A stretch of 64,000 nucleotides of DNA from Eledone cirrhosa (Eukaryota), in assembly GCA_964016885.1 (NCBI GenBank), contig OZ024741.1:253084001-253148000 (forward strand), read 5' to 3'. The position numbers and the translations under genes are program-made. Shown in pieces: positions 53,172 to 64,000 of this stretch. How positions within the stretch are numbered: position 1 is the stretch's first letter; every line of letters begins with the position of its first letter. Below the pieces are notes generated by a model. The model did no database searches. It saw only the letters and a list, made by a program, of their open reading frames with translations, and was not told the DNA's origin.

Positions 53172-54003
53172 TGGCAGACTGTATGATGCCTGCATACGAA
53201 CAACTATGTTACATGGCAGTGAGACATGGGCATTGTGTGCAGAGGATCTGCGCAGACTAGAAAGGAATGAAGCATGCATTCTCCGCTGAATGTGTAATAG
53301 AAATATACGTGAACAGCAAAGTATAAATGAACTAAGTGAGAAATTAGGTATAAGAGGGATCAGATGCTGTTTACTTGGGAGAAGACTATGTTGGTATGGT
53401 CACGTGATGCGCATGAAAGACGACAGCTGTATAAAAAAGTGCAGGGCGATCAAAATTGACGGAATATACAGAGTAGGCAGACCGAGAAAAGCCTGGGACG
53501 ATTTGATAAATTCCGACCTCACACACTTACACCTCTCCAAGACAATGTCACTGGACCGAGATCTTTGGCGTTATGCAGTAATACAGAAGACCCACCTTGC
53601 CTAAGTACAAAGCGAAACCTACAGTCAGTATGCACCTCTTAATCAAATATACATCCCCATCCCACTACCCCAACTCCCCCACCCCCACCCCAATCAACAC
53701 CAGCCCTTTCTCTGTAAAGTTATGTTGGTACCACAACATCCAGTCCGAAATAAATGAGGTCGTGTAGGTGTCACGACAAAAAAACACACAGTCCACGCTA
53801 TAATGTGGCCGTGTAGGTAACACGGTAAAAACCTCCCAGTCCACACTGTAAACGTGGTTGGTGTTAGGAAGGGCATCCAGCCGTAGAAAACCTGCCAGAC
53901 AGTCCCATACAAGTGAGACGACCAATCTTGCCTCAAGTGGGACAATTCCTGTCTAAACCCATGCTAGCGTGGAAGATAGACATTAAACGATGATGATGAT
54001 GAT
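53172..54003 (+). mobile_element. RTE LINE, 5'-truncated copy
   Basis: ORF 53290-53604 is homologous to the RTE C-terminus; 3' UTR and (GAT)n tail present. Confidence 0.9.
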
Positions 54004-54298
54004 ATATATATATATATATATATATATAGGTGTGTGAGTGTGAGCACTTTAAACCTGGTGAAACCTATCTCCCTATGATTGAACAAATCCTGAGCAACGC
54101 ATATATATATGTACAGTGGCAGACTGGGTCTAAAAATATTGGTTGCCAGGAGATAAAGGGGGCCCACCCACATATAGAATGCTATCATTTAATTTTTATA
54201 ATGAATAAATAACATTTTCATAAAGTACACAAATGAAAGCAAAGCTGCAATCAAATTTTTGTGGGAAAAAAAATGTGTATTTTTGACAAATTATAGTG

Positions 54299-54940
54299 TA
54301 TACTAGCAGAATAGCCCGGCGTGGCTCGGGATTTGCTCTAGGGTTCTTATATATTTGATATATTTGATATATATTTATCCTTATCGAGCCTCGTGAAATA
54401 AATACGTTTGTTTATATTTTGTTATCGTGTATGCAAAAATATCTGTACACGAATATATAATTATATACATATATATATATTAAAATAACAGATTAAAGTT
54501 TAAGCAAAGAATCGCTGCTTTCACCCTTAATGGGATCTTCTGAAACTAAAAATATCAATCTGTGAATACAGAAGTAAATATTTCGAAAAACGTTACACAC
54601 TATATATATATATATACACACACTATATACACATATATATATATACACACACATATAGCATCATAATGTCGTAATGCAGACAGCCAGACATACAGACAGA
54701 TATTATAAGGGCGCAACGTTATATCTATGTATCTATTTAAAAAGAAAGACTAAGAATTATAGAGAGAGATCGCTAAATCGCATAATGCGGTCTCTAGGGC
54801 ATTGAAAATTAAAAATATATTTTGCTCAAAACACTCACATGACCATAAGTATGACATGTGTAAAGTTTGAAAACAATCGGTTGGGTGGTTCTCGAGTTTT
54901 AGGGAGTCAGACAGACATTCTCTGTTTTAGATATATTGAT
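54299..54940 (+). mobile_element. Helentron-associated (HINE/DINE-like) non-autonomous element with nested inserts
   Basis: Start TATACTAGCAGAATAGCCCGGCGTGGCTCGGG. End AAAGTTTGAAAACAATCGG..CAGACAGACA..TTTTAGATATATTGAT. The family call rests on motif recall. Confidence 0.55.
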
Positions 54941-55973
54941 ATATGTACATATTACTGGCAGTATACAGTAATACTAAATGTTAATACAGAATGTTATAAT
55001 TGGATTTTTAAATAATTGTGAATGTATAGTATACTGTTATTTAGAGTAGAGTGTGCATGTGATCATTCTTACCTTCTCCAATAAAAATATAATGTACCTT
55101 GTGAAATATACATATCCAGTGACTTTCAATAATGACCTTTGGTCTTTCACATTCACTCAATATATATCTGGGAGTGTGTGTGTGTACATGTACATGTGTA
55201 TAATAGATTTATATATATGTATACATACATGTTTTCAACTTGCTCAAACATTATTTGGCAACTCATTTTCCCTAGGAACTTTAGACTGAAGAACTGACCA
55301 CTAATTGATTTTACGTATGTCTTTAACTCATTGATATCAAAAGTTAATTGGCCAGCACGCCCTAGCCCCTACCACAGCACTACCACTCTTTTCCGTCTGG
55401 CTGAGCTTGTTATCACCCTCAATGGCTTTTCCTTTTTGGGTGAATTCTATCAGCAGGTCTCTGGGGTAGCGATGGGAACCAGAATGGGTCCAAACTATGC
55501 CAACTTGTTTGTTGGCTACGTCGAAGCCCACATCTTCTCCCAGTATGCTGGACCAACTCCTGAGCTATACGGTCATTATATTGACAACTGTATCAGCGCC
55601 ACCTCTCTATCACGAGAACAGCTCGACTGTTTTCTTTCTTTTGTCCAATCTTTCCATCCTGCTCTCAATTTCACCGCCTCCGTCTCAGATTCTTCTGTCG
55701 CTTTTCTAGATATCTCTCTATCTATTAATCACTCTCACCACACCCTCTCTACTTCCATCTACATTAAACCAACAGACTCTCAATCTTACCTCGACTTCAC
55801 CTCCTCCCATCCAACCCACACCAAAAACTCCATACCCTATTCCCAATTCCTCCATCTTCGTTGACTCTGTAGCCAGGACGACGATTTCGAAATCCATTCC
55901 CTTTGCATGGCTTCCTGCTTCATCCAGCGTGGATATCCCCCAACCCTGATCCAAGCTGCTCTCACCCGCACCC

Positions 55974-56639
55974 ATGAAACAGACCACACCACAGCCCTCA
56001 CTTCACCTCCACCCTCCCAACACCTGTGTTCCTTTCCCTCTCACCTACCACCCCATCACTCTACCACTCCAGCGACATATCCTCCGTTCCTTCCGTATCC
56101 TCTCTTCTGACCCCATCACTTCTCGCTTTTTTCCAAACCCACCCATTACTGCTTTTAAGTGCGCCCGCAACCTCCACGACCTCCTGGTTCGCAGTTCCTT
56201 TTCGTCCTCTCCCATGACTTCACCTGACTCTCATCCTTGTTCTCATTCCCGTTGCAACACTTGTCCCTTCATTTCCACCCTCAACACTCTTACAGGCCCT
56301 AACGGCTCTTTCCGTATCTGCCATTCCTTCACCTGCACATCCACCCATGTTGTCTATGCCCTCCGGTGTTCCCTTTGCGGGTCTTTATATATCGGACAAA
56401 CGGGACGCCGTATGGCAGACCATTTTGCTGAGCATTTGAGGGACATACGACTTGGTTTGGATACTCCTGTCGCCTGTTATTTCTGTTCTCCTGATCATTC
56501 TTCCCTACATGTTTCAGTCCTGGGTGTCCTTTTACATCATGGATCACAGGTCTCGCGCACCAGGACTGAACAAAGTCTGATTCACTGCCTTGGGTCCTAT
56601 TCCCCTCTTGGACGCAACTCACCTCCCCAATTTATTTAA
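55974..56639 (+). pseudogene. PLE GIY-YIG endonuclease region
   Basis: HVVY/YIG and CxxC motifs. Separated from the RT by a stop and a frameshift. Confidence 0.8.
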
Positions 56640-57135
56640 TACCCCATCCATTATCACACGCACTTGTACATTAACCCTAAATTGCTATCGCTCTCTCTTG
56701 ATCCTTAACATCTTTTCTTACAACTAATACAGACCGATTAAATATACTCTTTTCCCTTCGCTACTCTGTATACACACATACACACACTTATATTAACATA
56801 CTTTTGCTCATAGCTTCATACTTATATGCACACACACTCTTTTACTTACACACACAATTCTTCTTAGCTTTGTACGAATGTATAATATCACACACACAGA
56901 CACACACATGCTTATGCACGTGCACAAGTATAGCTCTTTTTACAAAACTTTTTTTTTCCATTTCAGGTAGATGTGCTCCATCATCCACTTTTCTAAAAAA
57001 TAAATCATACACAAAATGCCAGCACCAACAGTTTTACAACAAATGTCAGCATGAATGGACCTGTTATTTTTATCTAAAGACATTTTTTCAATTCCAACCT
57101 GCCCGTCCCCTCAATCTATCTTATTTCTCATTCTT

Positions 57136-57172
57136 TCTTTTGATGAAGGACTAGCATCCGAAACGTTAAGAC
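57136..57172 (+). ncRNA. Minimal hammerhead of the Neptune-like pLTR (C3 mutated)
   Basis: TCTT TTGATGA A GGA CTAGCA TCC GAAA CG TT AAGA. Confidence 0.6.
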
Positions 57173-57264
57173 TCTCTTCCTGCTATATCAAGCATTAACC
57201 TAATATATACCTTCCTTACACTGTACTGATTGTGTTGTTATTTCTGTTTACCTTTGACATACAC

Positions 57265-57295
<31 letters not shown>

Positions 57296-57302
57296 CATTG
57301 TG

Positions 57303-57590
57303 AAGGCGCATGGCTTAGTGGTTAGAGCATTGGGCTTGCAATTGAGCGGTTGTGAGTTCGATTCTCGGACCGGGTGATGTGTTGTGTCCTTGAGCAAGAC
57401 GCTTTATTTCACGTTACTCCAGTTTACTCAGCTGTAGAAATGATTTGCGATGCCACTGGTACCAAGAGGGGAGACTGGTATACATGGGTGACTGCTGGTC
57501 TTCCACAAAACAAACCTTTCCCAGGCTTGTGCATCAGAGGGAAACTTTCTAGGTGCAAAACCACGGTCATTCGTGACCGAGTGGGGCCTT
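57303..57590 (+). mobile_element. SINE with the family 1 head and a different 3' tail
   Basis: GAAGGCGCATGGCTTAGTGG..GAGTTCGATTC. The tail diverges after CAGCTGTAGAAATGA. Confidence 0.8.
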
Positions 57591-57592
57591 AA

Positions 57593-57709
<117 letters not shown>

Positions 57710-57877
57710 AACGTTTGTATATGTATAATAAAGCCAAAACAATGCAGGTATGGACATAGAATAAAGAATGCAAATGCAAAAGATATTGTTGACAATTAGT
57801 CTTTTACCTTAGATTTATTTAAATGTCCTTAATTTTCGAGATAATATCTCTTCTTCAGAGGGAAGTAAAGCGGTTAA

Positions 57878-58131
57878 ACACAGTGAGTGCTGGGTGCTTT
57901 TTTTTTCCGTGGCACCTACACATCCACTTTACAGTGTGGGCTGGGTGCTTTTTTGCCATGACACCTCCACGACCACTTTGCAGTGGAATGATAGGGACCC
58001 CAGCTGAGTAAACTGGAGCAATGTGAAATAAAATGTCTTGCTCAAGGAAACAACACATCACCCAGTCTGAGAATTGAACTCACAACCTTCCGATTGCAAG
58101 GCCAATGCTCTAACCACTAAGCTATGTGCCT
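57878..58131 (-). mobile_element. SINE family 1
   Basis: Matches 43465-43690, with an internal deletion and a duplication. Confidence 0.8.
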
Positions 58132-58243
58132 CAATGTGTGTGCGTGTGTGTATGTATATATATATATATACTTTATATACTTATATATATACTTTATATA
58201 TATATACTTTATATACTTATATATATACTTTATATATATATAC

Positions 58244-58370
58244 TTTATTTTATCGACCCCGTAAGGATGAAAGGCAAAGTTGACCTGGGATTTGAACTCA
58301 GAATGGCAAAGGCCGTAACTCTATGCGTCAAAGTATGGCGGCCGACTCTCTACCGAAACTGCCAATCCAC
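58244..58370 (-). mobile_element. SINE family 2
   Basis: Matches 47795-47925. Confidence 0.75.
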
Positions 58371-58547
58371 AATATTACTATTTATAGTTATGTGTATAGT
58401 ATAAACAACTATAAACAGGAAGGTCAGTAATTTCTTATTACCTTATTACCAGTAAGAGAAATAGCTCAATGTATGAACATCAGTTGTTTTACAGAGCAGG
58501 AAAATAAATAAATAAATTATACAATTATCAAAGTCGTGTTCAAATCA

Positions 58548-59254
<707 letters not shown>

Positions 59255-60878
59255 CATATATATATATACACAGATAAATCCACCAATTAATGGTAGGGTC
59301 TAAACCGTATGAAGAAGTCAATGAAATCCGTATGTAGATGTCGTGAAGCAAAGTTTAAAATACAAAATTTTCAACAATATAATTCATTGGATACAGAGTC
59401 AAAAATAGAAACATTAAAACAATGAAATTAAACAAAAAACGGTTAATTCAATAAATACACACACACACATACATATGTATATATAACAATTTAAAATTGT
59501 GCTTTTATGCCATCTTTAGTTTGAGTTCTACATTATCACTTTTTCAACACAGCTAAACTTTTACTATTAGATGCAATGTTTATGAATATCACAACAGCAC
59601 CCCTACAACGCCAACAGGTGTTACGTGTCCATACATATATATATACATGTATATTCACTTTTCTTTTACTACAATTTTCAAATTCCGGCAACGTTCTAAA
59701 ACAATATACTATCAATTTCTGAAAACTGTAAAGTTTTCTAGAAAAACATAAAAAATTTTAGGATCTTTGTACCAAAAGTTTTAAATTTTAACAAAGTTCT
59801 AGAAAGATACACTGAAAATCTCTAGAAATATCTGGCAAGATTTCTAGAAAAACCCATCCAAATTTTATAGATATTTCTACCATGATTTTTAAATTCTGAC
59901 AACGATTTAAAAAGACATACTAGAAATTCCTGAAAGAATCTGGCACCATTAATTGAAAAACCCTTGTGAAATTTTTAAATATTCATAACAGAATCTTAAA
60001 ATTCTGATAAAAGTCTAGAAAGACACACTGGAATTTTATGGAAAAAAAAATGTGGAAAAATATATCTGGATATTAGTACCAAAATATTTTTGGAAGTTAA
60101 CAAATTCCAAAGAGATTTGAAAGTTGATTCTATCTGCTTGTAATACGAGATTAGATTATATGAGAGAGAAATTGCATGCAGCTTTCAAAGAAATGCATGT
60201 CATGCAGCTTAAATATTCAGCAAGCTCATTGCGCTTTCATTGAATGCAGTCCCTTTAAGTGAATCCACTTGTCAATATATGTGTGTGTGCATGAATGTGT
60301 ATATGTGAGTGTTACTCTCAGCGTGTCACAGTATGCACAACTATATCTCTCTGTGTGACTGCCTCACTCTTCATACCATCACTCTCCACATTCTCACTCT
60401 CTTTCCCTCCTCACTCTCCATCTCTCTCTCACCAACTTTCTCTTCTCTCTCTCTCCATCTTTTTTATGCTATATTCATGTGCATTTGAGTCTCTGCATCT
60501 GTGAGTATGCCAATGTGTGTGTGTCTCTGTATCTATGTCTCTGTTTATCTATGTAGTCTTGTATGTGTATGTATGTGTGTTCATATGTATCTGAATGCAC
60601 TAGCTGAAACAGTTGTAAAATTATATATGGGTTTATGTGGATATAATTGTCCATGCATATATGTTGGAGTTTGTGTGTGTATATATATACAGACCCATGC
60701 ACATATATATATATATATATATATGGTTATACTTTGGGAGGGTCATGTTGCCAATAAGAAACACACGCACCAGTTGCTTTCACTTCAATTTATTATATAT
60801 TTATAAATTTACAAATTTATAAATTTATAAATTTCTGGTTGGTTGGTTGGTTCCACATCCAGATAGTTGTTTATATAT

Positions 60879-60923
60879 AGTCATAGTTCTTTCGTCACAC
60901 ACTCTGTGACCTCTTCAGTGACT
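60879..60923 (-). ncRNA. Minimal hammerhead motif
   Basis: Minus strand: AGTCA CTGAAGA G GTCACA GAGTG TGTGAC GAAA G AA C TA TGACT. Confidence 0.65.
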
Positions 60924-61091
60924 GGGGATTCCTTTCTTTGTTTCTGTGCCTCTCCTTTGTTCTGTCCTACGCCATTTTGTTTCTGTGTGTGTGTTGTGTG
61001 CTCAGTCTGCGCATGCGCCACATCCGGGTGTCTGTGTGTGTTTATGTTCATTTATCTATTTGTTTATTTACATGGTTGGTTGTTTGTTCTA

Positions 61092-61336
61092 TGTGTGTGT
61101 GTGTTTTCATTTTGTCCTTAATTGTAAGTTGTGATGTTGCTGTTCCACTCATATTTTCTATTTAATTTTGGTTGTAATTCTTTTATGTTTATGTTTATTG
61201 CCTCTGTAATCTGTAATTTTAGACAAATTACAGAGGCAACAAACATAAAAGAATTACAACCAAAATTAAATAGAAAATATGAGTGGAACAGCAACATCAC
61301 AACTTACAATTAAGGACAAAATGAAAACACACACAC
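61092..61336. repeat. Near-perfect palindrome with ~115-bp arms
   Basis: The same translation appears on both strands (ORFs 61118-61300 and 61131-61313). Centre ~61218. Confidence 0.92.
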
Positions 61337-61537
61337 ATATATACATATATACGTGATCTTGTTCGTGATGTACCCCCTTTTAGCACTGTTAAGGAGGGCA
61401 GATTTGTAGTGAACGAACACGTCCTTGCAAGCTGCCTTGCGGTAGAAGCTTGTGTGGATCCCTCCCTGTATGTATGTATGTTTATATGTATGTATATATA
61501 TGTATATGTGTATGTATATATATATGTATATATGTAT

Positions 61538-61868
61538 GGAGGCACATGGCTTAGTGGTTAGATCATTGGCCTTGCAATCGAAAGGTTGTGAGTTCAATTC
61601 TCAAACCGGGTGATGTGTTGTTTCCTTGAGCAAGACACTTTATTTCACATTGCTCCAGTTTACTCAGCTGTAGAAATGAGATGATAGGGACTGGGGTCCC
61701 TATCATTCCACTGCAAAGTGGTCATGGAGGTGCCACGGCTAAAAAGCACCCAGCACTCACTGTAAATGAGGTTGGTGTTAGGAAGGGCATCCAGCTGTAG
61801 AAATCAAGCCAGAATCAGTTCCCGTCCCACCCTTGCAAGCAGGGAAAAGAGGAGCTAAAATGAAATGA
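61538..61868 (+). mobile_element. Full-length SINE family 1
   Basis: Reverse-complement match to 43342-43690. Confidence 0.88.
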
Positions 61869-61960
61869 TATGTATGTGCATATATATGTATATATGTATA
61901 TATGTATATAAATATGTATATATGTATGTATGTATATATGTATGTATATATATATGTACG

Positions 61961-61996
<36 letters not shown>

Positions 61997-61999
<3 letters not shown>

Positions 62000-62984
62000 T
62001 CATCATCATCATCATCGTTTAACGTCCATGTTCCATGCTTGCATGGGTTTGGACAGGAGTTTTCCCACTTGAGGCAAGAGTGGTTGTCATTGCTCGTATA
62101 GGACTGTCTGGCGGGTTTTCTACAGCTGGATGCCCTTCCTAACACCAACCACATTTACAGTGTGGGGCTGGGAGGTTTTTACCGTGTTGCCTACACGGCC
62201 ACATTACAGCGTGGACTGTGTGTTTTTTTGTCGTGACACCTACACGATCTCATTTGTTTCGGCCTGGATGTTGTGGCACCAACATAACTTTACATTGAAA
62301 GAGGCGGTGTGGATGCCTACTGACTGTAGTAGGTTTTACTTTTTATTTAGGTAAGGTGGGTCTTCTCTATTACTGAGTACCGCCAAAGGTCTCGGTCCAG
62401 TGACATTGTCTTGGAGAGGTGTAAGTGTGTGAGGTCGGAATTTATCAGCTCGTCCCAGGTTTTTCTGGGTCTGCCTACTCCGTGGCTACCGTCTATCTTT
62501 ATTGCCCTGCACTTTGTTATACAGCTATCGACTTTCATGCGCATCACGTGTCCATACCAACGTAGCCTTCTCTCGAGTAAACAACATCTGATCCCTCTTA
62601 TTTCTAATTTTTTCCTTAGTTCGTTTATGCTTTACCGTTCACGTATATTACTATTACACATCCAGCGGAGCATGCAAGCTTCGTTCCTCTCTAGTCTGCA
62701 TATATCCTCTGCACACAATGCACAGGTCTCACTGCCATGCAACATTGCTGTTCGTATGCAGACATCATACAACCTGCCTTTCATTTTTATGGAGAACCCT
62801 TTAGCGGCTAATAGTGGTATAAGCTCTCTGAACTTTTTCCATCCAGTTCTGACTCTAGCTACTGTACTTTCAGAGCACCCTCCCCCACTGCTGATTTTGT
62901 CACCCAGGTAACGGAAGCTGTCCACTATTTCTATAGAACCCTCTGCACAATTGAAAGAGCTAGTATTTTGTGGGCACTTGCTGC

Positions 62985-62985
<1 letters not shown>
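61997..62985 (-). mobile_element. RTE LINE, 5'-truncated copy
   Basis: Near-identical to 33209-34237; (TA)n on both sides. Confidence 0.92.
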
Positions 62986-63025
<40 letters not shown>

Positions 63026-63084
63026 TTGTATATGTATATGAATATATATATATGTATGTGTATATATGTAAGTATATATGTATG

Positions 63085-63691
63085 TCAGGTCACCAGTTGG
63101 TGCTACTGGTAACATGTATCCCAGTACAACATGTCTCATGGTCGGGTCATTGGCAACTAAACTGGCAACCCCACCAAGGTTTCTTGGTGAGGAGGGTGAC
63201 TTTGGACATCCTGCAGGACTAAAAACAAAACCTGTCAAAGGGCAAATGAGCTCTTAAGAGTCAATGGCCATCCAAAATCACCGGGAGAGATGACCCCTTA
63301 TCCTTTGTCAAGGCAGAATTCTAGGAGAAGGAAAACTCTGATATAACACCTGCAACCCTGATGGTATCCAATGATGTTGACTTGTTCTTCTTTTTGGTAA
63401 ATATCATCTTGGTTAAGAGAGTGGGGCTGGCTTTGTGCAGTGCCTTTGCTCACTATAAAAGCTTCACACACAGGCATTGCTTTATATCTGGAGATCTCTC
63501 TACACTTGTCGTCACAGGGTACCATGGGCCCAGCACTATGTGTCAATAATTGTCACAAGTGTAGTGTTTGTACCAGAGGTTTCAAGTCGCTGGCTGGACT
63601 AAAAAGTCACACTCGTTCAGCGCATCGGTAGGGGTTCTCCTACATGAATATAAAGTAGTGGCCGTACTCGAAAACGAGTTGGCAGCCACCT
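63085..63691 (+). mobile_element. Short non-autonomous RTE/BovB-like element (5' UTR joined to the C2H2 3' end)
   Basis: The 3' part translates [23 protein letters not shown]. Terminal stem-loop GTGGC..ACTCG AAAA CGAGT..GCCAC. No RT in between; TA flanks. Confidence 0.6.
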
Positions 63692-63761
63692 TATATATAT
63701 ATATATTTGTATGTATGTATTTATATATATATACATATATGTGTGTATGTATTTATATATG

Positions 63762-63795
<34 letters not shown>

Positions 63796-64000
63796 CATAT
63801 ATAAATACATACATATGTATATATATATATATATGTATATATATATGTATGTATACAAAGAGAGAGGGGCTTAGATATATGATGGTATTCGGTACAAATC
63901 CTTTCCAATCCTCAATAATCTTATTGATATTATGGAACTGTGTCAGTGTGGAGATATAACTGTTACTAATTCACACACACATGTATATATATACACTCTT

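Larger units (their letters stand above)
55345..57260 (+). mobile_element. Neptune-like PLE, 5'-truncated
   Basis: RT motifs QVSGVAMGTRMGPNYANLF, YIDN, FLD and KPTD. Cys linker PCSHSRCNTC. EN VVYALRCSLC..YIGQTGRR..FAEH. Terminal hammerhead motif. Confidence 0.9.

Noticed and set aside
54510-54546. Hammerhead-like CAGAAGA TCCC..GGGT GAAA (minus), related to ~12675
   Set aside because: The core U4 is altered in both copies, and stems I and III do not close.

Overview
Repeat-saturated, AT-rich animal genomic DNA with no host exon that I can identify. The tRNA-derived SINEs, RTE LINEs and huge (TA)n load suggest an octopus or other coleoid cephalopod, but that is inference. Almost everything here is a mobile element sitting in a microsatellite. 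(1) One apparently intact RTE LINE (33209-40201, minus; APE endonuclease, RT and an inserted PHD-type finger) whose 5' end is seven apparently identical 454-bp tandem units. (2) Several 5'-truncated RTE copies, plus SINEs that share the RTE 3' tail. (3) Decayed Penelope-like elements (PLEs): YRDD-type with a C-terminal GIY-YIG domain (Hydra-like) and one Neptune-like copy. (4) An R4/Dong-type fragment in (TAA)n, piggyBac- and pogo-type MITEs, and a HINE-like element. The most striking unexplained structure is more than 12 short non-coding fold-back elements of largely unrelated sequence, inserted in (TA)n. They share one architecture: an inverted pair of arms plus a one-sided tail. Many carry type I hammerhead ribozyme motifs; I read about 20 intact or degenerate ones by eye, including variant cores. 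All folds and alignments were done by eye and need computational confirmation.
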